A stretch of DNA of 64,000 nt from Callorhinchus milii (taxonomy: Eukaryota), in contig NW_024704742.1 in NCBI RefSeq assembly GCF_018977255.1, positions 54,624,001 through 54,688,000 on the forward strand. The letters are read 5' to 3'. The translations under genes were made by a program, and so were the position numbers. The notes beneath the pieces are model-generated. The model was not told the DNA's origin. It made no database searches and saw only the letters and a program-made list of their open reading frames with translations. Within the stretch, counting starts at the first letter, position 1; each line of letters begins with the position of its first letter. This document shows positions 35,772 through 49,069 of this stretch, one piece after another.

Positions 35772-37189
35772 AGTATTTAATCATTAAATGTTTCTGGAAA
35801 TTAGGGTTTGAGTAATCAAGCAAAGCTTAGTGGATGTAAGGATGGAAGCAGACAAATTTTGGAACATCTTAAAGTCTCAAGTGCAATGATTCACGCGCCT
35901 ATTGTTGAGTGATTAAATGGGGCCACATTATTTTCTTATGTTAAAAAGTATTTTTTTTATTCAGTGGATCAAATTTGTAATCCATTTTCCGTGACAACAG
36001 TAGATATGACATCACTGTTGGCCTACAAATCTGGCACTATCCCCAAAAGATGGAAGATATGAAAAGAAGCAAATAGGGACACAAAGCGAGACAATTGTTG
36101 GAAAGGTATCATACAGTAAAAGCAGAAATCAGAATTTGGAAACAAGCCAGTTTTCTATGCCTTCTTTCAGCAAATACTCCAATCATCAGAGATTATTTTT
36201 CTAATTTTAAGAGGCTTACAATGCTTTAGCAACAAAGACCTGACTATAGAAAATTAGCTCTCATTCTGCAATAGATGGTGGTTTCGCTTTGGGAGATAGG
36301 ATTTATTGTCATAAAAAATACAGATTAGCAAACATCATACGAACTGTTATATTTAACATTATGGCAATTATGGCTGTAATTTTCTATTATTTGGCTGTAA
36401 TTTTATAAGCATCCCATAATAATTGGGTTCAATATATGGTTTCGATTAGTATAATACCACAACTTGCCTTCAATTTTGTTCCCCATTTTTGGTTAGCATT
36501 TGATCAATTGCTCTGTCCAGCAAAACACACGACGCTCCCTTTTTACGTAAACCTTATTGTTATTCATGTTGTTTCTGCCATTCCATTTCAAACAATGAAA
36601 AGAAAATTAGCAGGGAATTTCTTTAAATAAAAAAATTCAGCCAAGAAGAACAGGAATAATATTTGTTCTTAACTGCATGAGCTTTACCGTTTTGGAATTA
36701 CGCCAGGCCAGAGTTCTGCAGCTGCAGATCACACATTCCCACACAGGCTGACCCTATATCTATAACAAGACATCAATAGCAGGAAGAAGCACAATAAGCT
36801 TGCATGGCCTATCCCTACACTTCGGTCCACATGCACACAAAAGCCGGTAGGGATACTCAACCGAGGGTGTGCTATGTTAGACTAATACTTAAATTTGAAA
36901 AAAATGTTTAAAACAATCTGCAGTGACCACAGACACAGTAGGTAACAAGGCCATTAACTATATTTTTTCATTTCAAATCTAAACTTGAAGATCTTACAAC
37001 ACAAAGGATCACATACTTTATTCCCATCCTTAACTGGTATTCAGTCTTGCACTTTCTTACACTTTCTCTCTTTAGTTTGCTCTTCCAGATACCTCATTGG
37101 GAACTTTTACTGCCCTGTAAGGAAGTAAGCCATATAAATCAGGCCGATCTTAGATTGAAATCCACGGTCTGAGCTGAATTAGCTTTGCG

Positions 37190-37460
37190 TGTCAGCCTGG
37201 CTCGAGGTGGCACTCTCATCTCTGAAACAGAAAATTTTGTGTTGAAGCCCCACATTGGACTTTGAACTTGTATAGTTTAGGCTGACACTCCAATACAGCA
37301 CTGGGGATGTGCTGCATTGTTGGAGGTACCGTCCTTCAGCTACAGTATAAAATCAAGGTCCAATTTGCCTGTTCAGGTGGACGTTAAAGATCCAATGGCA
37401 CTGTTCATCAATCCCTCAAATAAAATTAATCATTCATCTCATGTTTCCCGGATATTGCAG
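37190..37460 (+). mobile_element. Deu-domain SINE
   Basis: tRNA-like head followed by TGCCTGTTCAGGTGGACGTTAAAGATCCAATGGCACT. Confidence 0.8.
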
Positions 37461-37689
37461 GAACCAAATTGGCCAAAACAACATTGCCAGTTAAAAAGCA
37501 TAATAGTTAACACTGCTTGTTATTTATTGCTGGAAGATTATTTACCACTTAATATTTCCATGGTCCTAGCAGAATATATTTATTTTTATAATTTTCAATC
37601 CATTCCCAACCTGATAGTTATTTAACTTTGTTATTAAGCAATTAATCAGAAAAGCACTAACTGTTTTATTAGATTCTAATGTACACGAT

Positions 37690-37880
37690 CAACAACAATA
37701 ACAACTTGCATTTATATAGTGCCACTCACACAGTGTCCCAGAGCGCTTGACAGTGGCAGAGCATGACACGGAGCCGGGGAGCGGTGACCGTAGGCACGGT
37801 CGAAGAGGAGTGTCTTCAGGCGCCATCTGAAAATGGGGAAGGGGCGGCAAGGCGGAGGAAGAATGTTCCAGAGTTCCGGA
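37690..37880 (-). mobile_element. L2 3' fragment
   Basis: Encodes PELWN...LKTLLFDRAY, with an (AAC)n tail on the plus strand. Confidence 0.8.
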
Positions 37881-37892
37881 GGAAAAAAGATC

Positions 37893-38920
37893 ACTCTTCT
37901 GTGTGAAAAAGTGTCTCCTAATACCCAGTCTCACTTGAATTTTCTTAGTTCTTAGCTCATATTGGAATGATAAATATGTATCTCTTGTACCTTATCTATT
38001 TGTCTCAATGTTTCATAAATTTGAACCCACACCAAAACTGTTTTATCCAGAGACAACAATTTAATTCTGCAAGTCTCCCATCGTAGCTAAGTCCTTAAAT
38101 CCCACTTGTCACTCATCTCTGAACCCTGGCCTCTCATGTTCTTTTGAACACAGGGCAGCCAAAATAATATACAACATCCCGAATGTCACCTTACAAAGAG
38201 GTCCTCGAAGTTAGAAAACTTGTATTCATAAACCCCTCAAGAGGCAGCCTAGTAACTGATTAGCTTTGTTGACAACAGCTACACACAGACAAGAACATTT
38301 CAGTGACAGTCAAGAATCACAGCTGCATCCTTTTCACTATTTCATCTTTGTTTTCATTTGTACACATTTTGTTCTTTTTGTTCCATTGAATATTACATTG
38401 CTTGTTTGTCCTATTACAATTCCACTCTTTGACCCATCCTATTAAATTATCTGAACTCCCTTTCCCTTCATATGGTATCAGTCTCCATTAATTTAATAAT
38501 CTGGACACATCTCCTTTTGTCAGCAGGAAAGTTAACAATATTGCCAGATGGTTTATCTTCCAAATAATGTATGATTAACGTAAACAAGAGGTTAACCCAG
38601 AACAAACTCTATAAAATTCTATAAAACTCCACCACTCACTGCCCTCTCACACAGCACTTTTGCATTTATTATCACTTATATTTGATTTGATTGTGCCAAA
38701 CTTCAATCCAATCAGTTTATTTCCATTCATTCGATGAGCTGTTATGTTTTTAAAAACCTTAAGTGGAACCATATCAAATCCATTCTAAAAATCCAACCAG
38801 ATTCTTATCAACAGGAATTGTTGTCCAACAATTTTAAATACTCCCTCATAGAATTACAAACAATTTTAAGCATGACCTATTGCTTCTAAATTCATGCTGA
38901 CACTTTATTATAATTTTCAC
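37893..38920 (-). mobile_element. Highly degenerate CR1 ORF2 fragment(s)
   Basis: RHFFTQ at about 37900. CAAAATAATATACAACATCC (LEYCVQFW region) at about 38160. AGCATGACCTATTGCTTCTAAATTCATGCTGAC (QHGF region) at about 38880. Confidence 0.6.
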
Positions 38921-39062
38921 ATTATAAGTGCCAGAGGTGAAAGTCCCAATGCCATTCTCAATGGTGAAGTCAGAGAAGCTGAACTTAGACTGTGGATTTC
39001 CTTTCACTTCCAGCGAGTGGTATATCAGTGTTTTGAGTTTGTTTTGTTTAGCTTTTAAATAA

Positions 39063-39280
39063 TGACAACAACAATTTTACATGTCGGAAAGACATCTCAA
39101 AGCTCTTCACAAAGTCGACTGGGAGTCTGAGCTGGGGATGGGGGAAACTGAGGATGGTGTAGTGAGGAAAAAGTGACCAAAAGTGTAGTTGAAAAGATGA
39201 CGGGTGATAGGGTTACAGGAAGTTGCAAAGTTAAGGTGGGGTGAGACTGTGGAGGGATTTGAAAGGGATTAAAAAGCAAT
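39063..39280 (-). mobile_element. L2-type 3' fragment (old)
   Basis: ACAACAACAATTTTACATGTCGGAAAGACATCTCAAAGCTCTTCACA tail. Confidence 0.6.
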
Positions 39281-39814
39281 ATCTGGCACTGAAAGGCAAT
39301 GATCCATGAGCTGGAAGTCTAACACTTCAGACCTGACTTCTTCAACTTTGTATCGGAGAATCTGCCTCCAGCTCATTTAGTGTGTTAAATGACAGATGGA
39401 CTGTAAATCAGATCTCAATGTGCTTCTAAAGGGGAAAGGGGCTAGAAAGGATAGGACAAGTTAGATTGGGCTGGAAAACAAAATGAAATTAAATTAAATA
39501 AATCGAAATTTGACCTAACTAAAGGGTGAATATATATATATATTCAGAAATTACTTTCAATCTCATATCCTTATGATTTATTCCATCACTTTCATCTAAT
39601 CCAAGATATTTGTACACTTCATTATATTATTATTAGTAATAGTGGTAGTATTAGCATTATTGGAATAAAATATGTGATATTTCTTTACAGATTGAATAGC
39701 ACTTTCCTCAACACATTAAATCTGTTGTGAAACATCACATTTTTCGCCAATTATCTGCTGGACAAATATCAACCAAAGCTCTAGTTATCCAGTGAATCTG
39801 CTGAAAGTTGCATC

Positions 39815-40028
39815 TATGAGGGTGTTGGTCAGGTGAGAACAGGGTCAAGCTCAGCTGTGATGCCTTCAAGTCAAATAGGCAGCTAATGTTCACTGTCTAG
39901 ACCTGTATCTAAAGAATGGTTTACTAGATTGAGGTACTGGCAAGCTGCCAGGGCTCGTAGAACTGTACCCCAGCAAATATCAGGGCCTTCAGGTAATGAC
40001 TGAGTGGAAAAGGAAAGAAAATTGGGGG
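39815..40028 (+). mobile_element. AmnSINE2-like ancient SINE fragment
   Basis: GCTGTGATGCC, TCACTGTCTAG, AAGAATGG, GAACTGTACCCCAGCA and GCCTTCAGG occur in the order I recall for AmnSINE2. A related piece lies at about 32590-32685. Confidence 0.5.
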
Positions 40029-40220
40029 ATACACTAATAAACTGAGACAAAGGAAACAAAAACAGGTGAATAAAAGGGTCTACAAGACAAGCATAGATTT
40101 TTTTAAAAAATATTTTTAAAAACATTTTATTACAACAAGATGTTTTATGTGACATGAAAGGTGTTGCAAACATGCAAGTTGTTGTTTTGCATTCTGTTAG
40201 TTGTTCAGGGTTGATATTCA

Positions 40221-40440
40221 GGGCTGGGTGGCACAGTGGGTTAGACATTGGCCTTTCACCTCTGTAACCTGGGTTTGCATCCAACCCTGACTAATGGGAT
40301 GAATGTCTCCTTTGTTTGTTGACTTAAGAGACCAAATAAAACAAGTTTGTCAGGTCTAAACCCAGTTCTTTGGGGCTTCTGGCTCAAAGCACAAAACAGC
40401 CTGATTCAAACTCAGGAGAGCAGTCCTTAAGTGAAGTGAG
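40221..40440 (+). mobile_element. LF-SINE-like ancient SINE, 5' half
   Basis: tRNA-like head with GCCTTTCACCTCT, then GGTCTAAACCCAGTTCT and CACAAAAC, collinear with the recalled LF-SINE consensus. Confidence 0.55.
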
Positions 40441-41171
40441 GCTGGCTACTTTTAGCTGGTTAAGTACTTACTGGCATGTGTCACCATATCATTTTAAAAT
40501 CCTTTTAATACATTTCCAATAAAAACTTACAACTCTATCAGCCAAACATATTAATTATGGTTGTTTAGTCCTTATAAAGAGCTGATTATCAACACTAAGT
40601 AGGATCAGTCTCAGTCTTGTTGCAGGTGAGCAAACACAGTGGCTAATTGGACATCTCCAAAAATGCAAATTGGCTACAGTGGTAAATACCATTTGTACAT
40701 CAACAGTTTGTTTGTACAGTCACAATAGATCCAGCCTGTGTCAAACCTTCTCCCTCTTTCTCTTCCTCTGCTTCCCTTTCTCATTACTTTGCTTCCCCCC
40801 CTCTTTCTCCCTCTCCCTCTATGCATGTATATACTGTATGTATATTTTCTACACTGTATAAAATATTGTACATATATTAATAATAATCATTGGATTCAAT
40901 GTAACGCTTTATCACATTGTTGAAATGTTTCAAATAGCTTTGTAGGATTGTACTGTAAAGTGTAATGACTGTTTTTTGAGCTGAACATAGCACCCTATTT
41001 ACACAGCAAAATCCATTAAAATCATGCACGGAATAACCAATTGAATCTGAGGGATTGTAAATATATAATCATACCTTCACTGTAGCTAAAAATGTGATTA
41101 TGCACATGACCTCAAGTCCAGTTACCCCCCTTGTCCCATATCCCCTAATAACCTGACCTAACAAATATCTA

Positions 41172-41312
41172 GCAAGAGTTCTGACGAAGGGTCATGGACC
41201 CGAAACGTTCACTCACTTTCCTTTCTCCATAGATGCTGCCTGACCTGCTGAGTTTTCCCAGCTCTCTGTTTTTGTTTCAGATTTCAGCATTTGCAGTATT
41301 TTGAGTTTTTTT
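41172..41312 (+). mobile_element. Penelope-type terminal fragment with hammerhead-like core, 14-bp TSD
   Basis: CTGACGAAGGGTCATGGACCCGAAACGTT...GATGCTGCCTGACCTGCTGAG, flanked by CTAACAAATATCTA at 41158-41171 and 41313-41326. Sits inside a minus-strand CR1 3' fragment (about 41115-41350). Confidence 0.8.
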
Positions 41313-42229
41313 CTAACAAATATCTATCTACCTCCATCTTGAAAATGTGAATGGTTCAAATGTAATAAATACGGTGTTAAATGAAGGCCAGTTCTTGCCC
41401 ATTAGAATTTAGAGTGTTTACATCAGCATAACAACAGCTGAGAGGGAATTGTAAAACAAAAACTTTAAGTAAAATAATGTCAAAGGCTATTGGGAAAGGG
41501 GAATGGGATTAGAGTAGAAAGCAACAGTAATGAACTTACTACATCAGTTAGAAATTTACAACCTGTTTTCAGGCAGCAGAAATACAACATTTAGGTGACC
41601 CGATGTATTTGAAATCCAATATGACACTGGACTTCTGCTTTCTTTACTATATTGAGCTCCTCATCCCAGCTATGAATCAATGGGAGGGTTCTGGACAAGG
41701 CCAGGGGAGAGGTAGCACACAACAGGCACAATGGTATCTAATAAGCCAATAAAAAGTGCTAATTGTATTTTATCCTAATTTATCCTTTACATGCTTGTCT
41801 ACAAATAGTCAATCACTAAACTTCAGAGTATATCCTGTGAAGTACTTTGGGACACCTTCCTGAAAGGAAAGGCACTATATCAAATGTAAGGATAATTTTT
41901 ATTCTCTGATACCTCATGTGTAGTTAAATATTTCATGAGTTATGGAACTATAAATAAACTCCCTTCTTTTATTTAAAATTCATCTACTGACCTGATTTGG
42001 ATATGACAGAAACTCACTAACATGAACCTGTGTAACTAAGCGTGTGAATAGCTTTTTGTCATCTCACAAATCAAGTGTATACATAGTACGTATAAAAATA
42101 AAGCACCTTAAACAATTACAGCTTTGGTATAATCCTTGAAACATTCAATTTTATTTAAGGATGTGGTTATTAGAGTCAAATAAACGACTTAGATATTTTT
42201 GCATAATTAAAATACAATATTGTTTTATT

Positions 42230-42556
42230 TCCTTTGCCAAAGCTCTAACGGATAAGGTGGTCCAAGCTGGGCAATCAATGGGAAGCTTGCCAGACAGTGG
42301 TCTCAATCACAAACAATGTAGTTTTAGCTGATTAAATTCCAGCAGTACCCCAACTCATACTCTGGAATCCCGAAGCATAGGCATTCATCAACCTGCACCT
42401 CTCTGGAATTAAACAAATAGGATGCATCTCTCCAGAGAGAGTGCACATTCCAGTCCAGGCAAGGAGAACATTTCCATATGTAGGTGGCATACAAATCTGG
42501 AACTCTCAGTCTGATTTGGATACTCTCATGGTGATTGTGTTAGCTGACCAAAAAAA
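42230..42556 (+). mobile_element. Unclassified A-tailed repeat, copy 5 (long)
   Basis: Homologous to 16880-17251 and ends AGCTGACCAAAAAAA. Confidence 0.72.
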
Positions 42557-42576
42557 TATATTTTTAACCAATTAAC

Positions 42577-42861
42577 CAAGCGAGAGACCTGAGTTCAATT
42601 CCAGGCAGGGCAAAACCTTGGGCAAGTTTCCTTACTCCACACGCCTAATAATAATCCCTCCAAAACCAAAAACAATAATAAATTGGTCATTTTCAATCTA
42701 CGACTGTTTGTGAGACATTGCTGTGCGCAATTGGCTGCCGCGTTCGTCCACAAATATACAGTCAATTCACTTTACAGTGTGTTCTGTGAAGCGCTTTGGG
42801 ACATCCTCCCGACTTGAAAAGCTCTGTATCAAAATGCAAGGATTATTATTATATTATTATT
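42577..42861 (+). mobile_element. Young tRNA-derived SINE, 5'-truncated
   Basis: Highly similar to 29521-29834 from CAAGCGAGAGACC onward. Confidence 0.9.
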
Positions 42862-43786
42862 AAAATTTCCTCAACACAGTTTTCCTACTTTTTTCAAATG
42901 TAAAGAATGTTTACTCAGATGCTGTGCATCCTTTACACATTATTTAGTATATAGTGCATAAAACATGGATACATATCAAAACACATCAGTAAATCTAATT
43001 TTTGTGGGGGATCCATTAGAATAAAGGAATTGTTACTAACTTGAAGAACACTTCCCCTATCTGCCTCCTCTCTCCTTATCTATCTACAAATGACATAGAA
43101 GTCATGTTAAGTAGGTCTTAGAAGAGCAATGGGCCATATAGGATCATGAAAAAACACTCTCTGCAAAACAAAAACTCTCAATGTTGGTTACACATCAAAG
43201 GTTTGCGCTGAGAATCACATTTCTTCTTTTGAAATGCAATGTAATGCTTAGAGTAAGTCAATTCATGAAGCATTATGTCAATGTATAATATACCCTAAGA
43301 AAAACATCTTGTACAGGCATTCAATTAGTTCTGAAATTCAGACAAGATCCCACATGAACTTAATAGTCCCAGGTTATTTCAAACAGTGTCTCTCTCTTTG
43401 CTTTGTCTGGATGGTGAATTGCTTTCAGTAGCTACCCTGCTGTGTGGGGCATTTCTTTTCATTCGGCTCTCAGACTGCAAGATATTTCACATCTTAGTCA
43501 TGTAAAATTGACTCCCATTTTAACCCCTTAAATGAGAAATGGAACACAATATAGCTGAACTTATTGACCTAAGGTGTTTATAATTTATTTGCTTAAACAT
43601 AATGTTATTTGCAAACACAATTTGTTGGCGTGTCTGGCCATACTAAAATAAATTCCTTTTTCATCATATTAACTCAATCATTTATAAACCAATACGATAC
43701 AAAGTTACATTTGTAACCCTAAAAAGATATTTTGTACTGCGAAAAAAATGTATATATGTGAATAATGTATGATGTATAGATGTGAC

Positions 43787-44090
43787 GGAGTCCTGTAACT
43801 CAGTGGTTAGAGCACTTGCAAGCAACACACCTGGGTTCAATTCCAGGCAGGGCGAAACCTTGGGTAAATTTCCTTACTCCACACACCTAATAATAATCCC
43901 TCCAAAACAAAACAATTGGTCATTTCAATCCACGACTGTTTGTGGGACACTGCTGTGCGCAATTGGCTGCCATGTTTCGCCCACAAATATACAGTCAATT
44001 CACTTTACAGTCTATTCTGTGAAGCGCTTTGAGACGTCGAGAAGATGTGAAAAGCACAATATCAAAGCAAGGATTATTATTATTATATTA
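43787..44090 (+). mobile_element. tRNA-derived SINE (short subfamily)
   Basis: GGAGTCCTGTAACTCAGTGG head and (TTA)n tail. Confidence 0.9.
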
Positions 44091-44434
44091 ACCTGCCTAC
44101 TCCTTTTTCTAATAAGGAGACTTTTATTTTAATAATCTGCAATTGTATTATGTTTTATTTTAGAAAGGCGTTCTGTCTGGTCTGGACAAAATCTTAATGT
44201 TCAGAGTATAAAAATACAAAATATATCCTCATTCATTATATGTATGACTCAATTGAATGGAAATGCTGGAAGTTATAATGTACCTGAAACCATAAAGCAG
44301 TAAAACACACTGCCTGACTTCACTGACGTGTGAAACGCAACATGCAAATTTAACAGAAGACAAGTGAACATGTCATGGCTCAACTCGGCTAGAATAATCT
44401 GCAGTTTGCCTCCACGAGATGTAGATTATTCGTA

Positions 44435-44926
44435 ACTCTGCAGCTCCTGTTATTCCCCCATATCAAGCTCTGTGACCCGTATCACCCCCATCCTCACCCG
44501 GCTCCACTGGCTTCCCATCCCTCAGAGGATCGAGTTTAAATTCCTTTAAAGTTCTCTGTGGTCATGCTCCTCCCTACCTTTGTGACCCATTAATACCATA
44601 CCAACCTGTCCACTCCCTCTGTTCAGCAGGCACTGGCGTCCTCCATGTCCCCCACCTGCCCGCCCCACTATTGGCAGTTGAGCCTTCATCTTTTCTGCCC
44701 CCATTCTCTGGAACTGCATCCTGGAGCCCGTCTGCCTCGCCCACTCCCTCTCTTGCCTCCTTCAAGACTCACCTCAAGACCTTCCTCTTTGACCATGCCT
44801 TCAGCCACCCTTCCATCCATACCCCTCTTTATTCCAATCCCCAGCTTGGGTGCAAACTGTCCAATGCATTGGGACATCCTTTCGATGTGAAAGGCGCTAT
44901 ATAAATGTAAAATGTTTTTGTTGTTG
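44435..44926 (+). mobile_element. L2 3' fragment
   Basis: CTCCACTGGCTTCCCATCCCTCAGAGGATCGAGTTTAAA (LHWLPIPQRIEFK), LKTFLFD, and L2 tail. Confidence 0.88.
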
Positions 44927-46349
44927 AAGTAGAATACATGAAAGAAATGGGTGTAATGAGAAAACAATGTTGAAGTCAAGTAATGAACTCATTTTTTCCA
45001 TAAAGTGGTATTTATTGTTGATTAGCGAACAGGAAGAAAACAATTCTCTGTTATAATTACAGGGATCACCCTATAAACAATAACCCCAGAAGCAAAATAA
45101 ATGTTCTAAATGCCCTAAAATCTGACAGGTGCCTCAATTCATAATCTGTGGCCAATGGTTTGGGAGATCTTGACTTCAATAATGACTAAAAACAAACCTG
45201 ACAAAATGAATGGTCAGGCTTTCACCAAGGTTTGTGGAATATTGAGAGATTTAATTGCTTTATAATAACCAGGTTGCTAATATTACATCTCAGTGAGTAT
45301 AAAATAGACAGCAGTTGCATTGTAATAGACTAAGTGCTTTGACTTTCAAGACAGTATTGTATTTCATCTCAGTTGTCGAGACTCACCACTTTCTCCAGGT
45401 TTCAAATAATAGCACTCCCTATCTCCACCTTCCCTCCCCCCCCCGCCCCCCCAGGCCCCCACAATAGAAGTCTCCCACCTTAAAGATGAAAAGCTGGTAG
45501 GAAAACTACATTGTGCCTTGATGAAATACATCAAACTTGGTGACTGGATTTTGATCTGTAGGAGACCCAGTGCTGGTGTATCGGGAGGGGGGAGGGGGTC
45601 ATATGGAACTTGTTGACGTTATCTAATGATAACCTTCTGAAAGGTTCCTGTCATCAGTTTTTGTTTATAGTACTATTTGCATAATACCCTCAACATTTTG
45701 TAGAACAGAACCATACAGGTGCGATGTGTTAAAGAAGCTGAACTTGAAAAAATAAGTAAAAATGAAAGTCAACAATAGCTGTAGCACTGAAAGCGTTGTT
45801 GGGTGTCCTATAGATGTCAGCTTTCAATCAGAAACTTGTAGGAGCATATCTTTATCAATAGGATAGTTAGCTTTATCGGCTGGCCCCTACTTCGGGACAT
45901 TTCTAATTATGTTTTTTAAAACAGCACTACAAAATCAGAAAAGGAAAGGGTACTGATGATTTCTCACATGTAACCAAGTTTGTTCCCATTTGATAATTAT
46001 TTATAAAGCATTGGTAAAATAATTTAGGCAAATAATAATGTCTATTGAACTCTATGAGTGTATCTTTTGAAACTGTTTTCTGGAAGTAATATCACACAGG
46101 CAAAAGATGAGTACAATATTTTAATAATTACTGCTTTTTTAAATTAGTAAGCAATTTAAAACTTGGGAATAATGTACCTGGAGCACACTTGGGACCATCA
46201 TTGATTGTCAATTAGCTTGACTGTCATTTTTGACATTCAAGCACCTTGGGGCGCTATCTTATGTGAGGGGCGCTATATAAATGCAAGGTGTTGTTTTGAC
46301 TATGATTATTATCACGATTTTCACCATCAAGTGTAAATGCATTTGTATC

Positions 46350-46715
46350 TTCTTTTTGGTCAGCTGGAAGTTGACACATATGGAAACCCATCAACGTGCT
46401 TAAGAGTATCCAAACTAACTGAGAGTTCAACACATGTATGCCACCTACCAATGGAAATTTCCCTATGTCTGGAATGGATCTGTACTTTCTCCCTGGAGAG
46501 ACGACCCTGCTCATTTAATTCTGAAGAGTATTAGGCACATGTTGCCAGAAGCGTGCATTGGGATACTGCTCGAGTTTAACAAGTTAAATCTATATAATTT
46601 GTCATTGATAAGCAGTGACTGGCAAGCTTCCCACTGCTGTCCAGCTGGGGCAATGGGTAGGCTTAACTGTTAGGGCTTTGGCTTGCAGGTTAGCGGGAAC
46701 TGAGTGGAAAAAATC
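46350..46715 (-). mobile_element. Unclassified A-tailed repeat, copy 6 (long)
   Basis: TTTTTGGTCAGCTGG...GGAAACCCATCA...CTTAAGAGTATCCAAACTAACTGAG. Confidence 0.72.
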
Positions 46716-49069
46716 TCTGCACACAGTAAAAGCCCTTAATTATGTAAATAGCGACCAGTGAAAAAAATTACCAAATCACATTACTGCTATTGGTGGTCAG
46801 CTACTACTGTTATTGATGGCTTCAAAAGTGAAAGGTGCTGTATAAATGTAAATTTGTATTGTATCAAAGGGGCATCAAAGCAAATTATAAGATCCCTCCT
46901 GCCACCTAATTCAGCATACAGTGGAGATCAAGCCTGAAACCTACCTGATCTGGCTGGATCAATTTCACACAAAGCTTATCAACTTACCAATTGAACCATT
47001 GAGGTAATACTTGTTTGATGATTTTCAATTGCTTGCTCTGTAACTGACTTCAATATTTTCCCACCATAGACTCTGGGTTAAAGGGTTTAGAACTCCCAAA
47101 CATTACCCTGGCTGGAATCATATTAACTATTGCCTAGTTTCATTGGATCCATTGCACATAGACTCATTACTTTATGAATCATTAAGTACTCCAGTTTCTT
47201 AATCATTGTGTCATTGTTGACCACTATTTTCTCCAACGAAATACAATACATACTCTTAACTTTTGATACTTTAAATGAACTAATACCAACTTTGTCTATA
47301 GTAAAAAAAGTTGCAAAAAAATGTAAAACTTCCACGATGCTTTTAGTCTTTCCACAGTCTTACCTTTCCACAGATTTTGTGTGTTCTTTAAAGAGTTATT
47401 CCAAATTTCCAAATTTCAGTCTCCTTAGATCATTTTTGATTATTTTAGTTTTCTGTTTTTATAATGAATTTCTTTTTAGGGGCTTTTACTTTATGTATAT
47501 CTTATAATAAGTCCTATGTTTACATTATTTATTTAGTTCAAATGCATTATATTGGAGGATTACACTGAACCATGTATGGTTTAGTCTAAGGCCACCGACC
47601 CTCTCTCACTGGCTCAGCATCAAGCTCCGCCATTGTTAAGCACTCTGAGTTGCTATCCAACATGAAGGGCACTATATAAATGCAAGTTATTATTGTTGTA
47701 TATCAGGAGGTGACTTGATAAGTGTTTTTTTTAAGGTTTATCATTACAACATGAGTTTACATGGGTATGCTTTACATTTTTCACGTGGTAATGGCTCAGA
47801 GAACTTATTATTATAATAATATTATTATCTGCTGGCATCAATGGCCTCACTCCAGTAAAAAAGATAATTTTACATACCACCTTTCACACAAAAAAAGTGT
47901 TGAAGAACTTTACAATATAAAATTGCTCAGAAGATGGCTGTTAAAATATTTAAACCAGCTCTCGTTTCAACAATTGTGTTGAAGTCAGGGCGCTTTCACT
48001 CCTGTGGTCAATGACAATTATTGACTGCAATTTTGGTCAATGTAATAATTCTCATCAGTCATAATATCTCTGGCAATTATATTACAGCACATGTCAAGCT
48101 TTGTTTCCCCTATCATCTATAAGCAATACTGCTAAGTGGTGTTATTTAAATGCACTTCAGCTTTTGAAATAAAATACGTGAATAAAGTTTTAAAGAAAGC
48201 TATTCACATGACATTGTGCAAAACTGTTCTTTATTTATCTCCTATTCTTTTCAAACGAGACAGCATGCCATTAAAGTCATCTAGTATTACCATTAAAAAT
48301 TTACAAGCTCTCGATGCAGTCTAATCTTACTCTATCTTCTGTATTAAATAAGAGTAGACATTAAAGGCTGACTGAATAGTCCATTTCCTCTTAAGGCCCA
48401 AGCATGCTACCTGCCTGTATAGGCCTTGGTTCTGCAGCTGTCGTCTTTCCCAGCATTTAACTAATGAAGGAATCTTTTGTTCTGCTGATAAGTGACACAT
48501 TGTTCACTGCTCAGGTGCCCAGATTGTGCAGGATAATGCAATACAATATTCTTCTATCCAGTATAGAACAACCTACCTTGAAGCTGGTTTGCAAATTCTC
48601 TTTCATTGAAACTTTCCTTGTCCCGATTCTAAATGGGAAAAATCCCTAAGTGTCTCTTTACCTTGAAACATAACTATTAATGTGCTGGTGTGTATAGAGT
48701 GTGAATCAAAGAGCTACCTTGTGCTGTGCTTCTTACACTGATGTTAGTAGTACCAGCTTTTCATCCTAGGAAGTCAAGCATTTCTTCCATTTGAAACACT
48801 ATAATTGTTTTGACCTAACACAACAGCACTAATTTGTTCCCAATTCGCTACTGCTTGCTTAACACAAGGTTTGCAAATATCTGTTTGTGACAGGTCACTC
48901 ATGCTTCAGTAAAACTGGCAACCAGCTGTAGCTGTTAAATGCTTTTTAATCTTTGTTGAATTTCTGCTAATGGTTTTGGTGTGAAGACAAAAAAGCCGTA
49001 CTTTCTCCAGTAGTCAATCCTATGTGTTCTTTTACACTTTAGTTTTGTTATTTCTTTGCTTGTTGAGTG

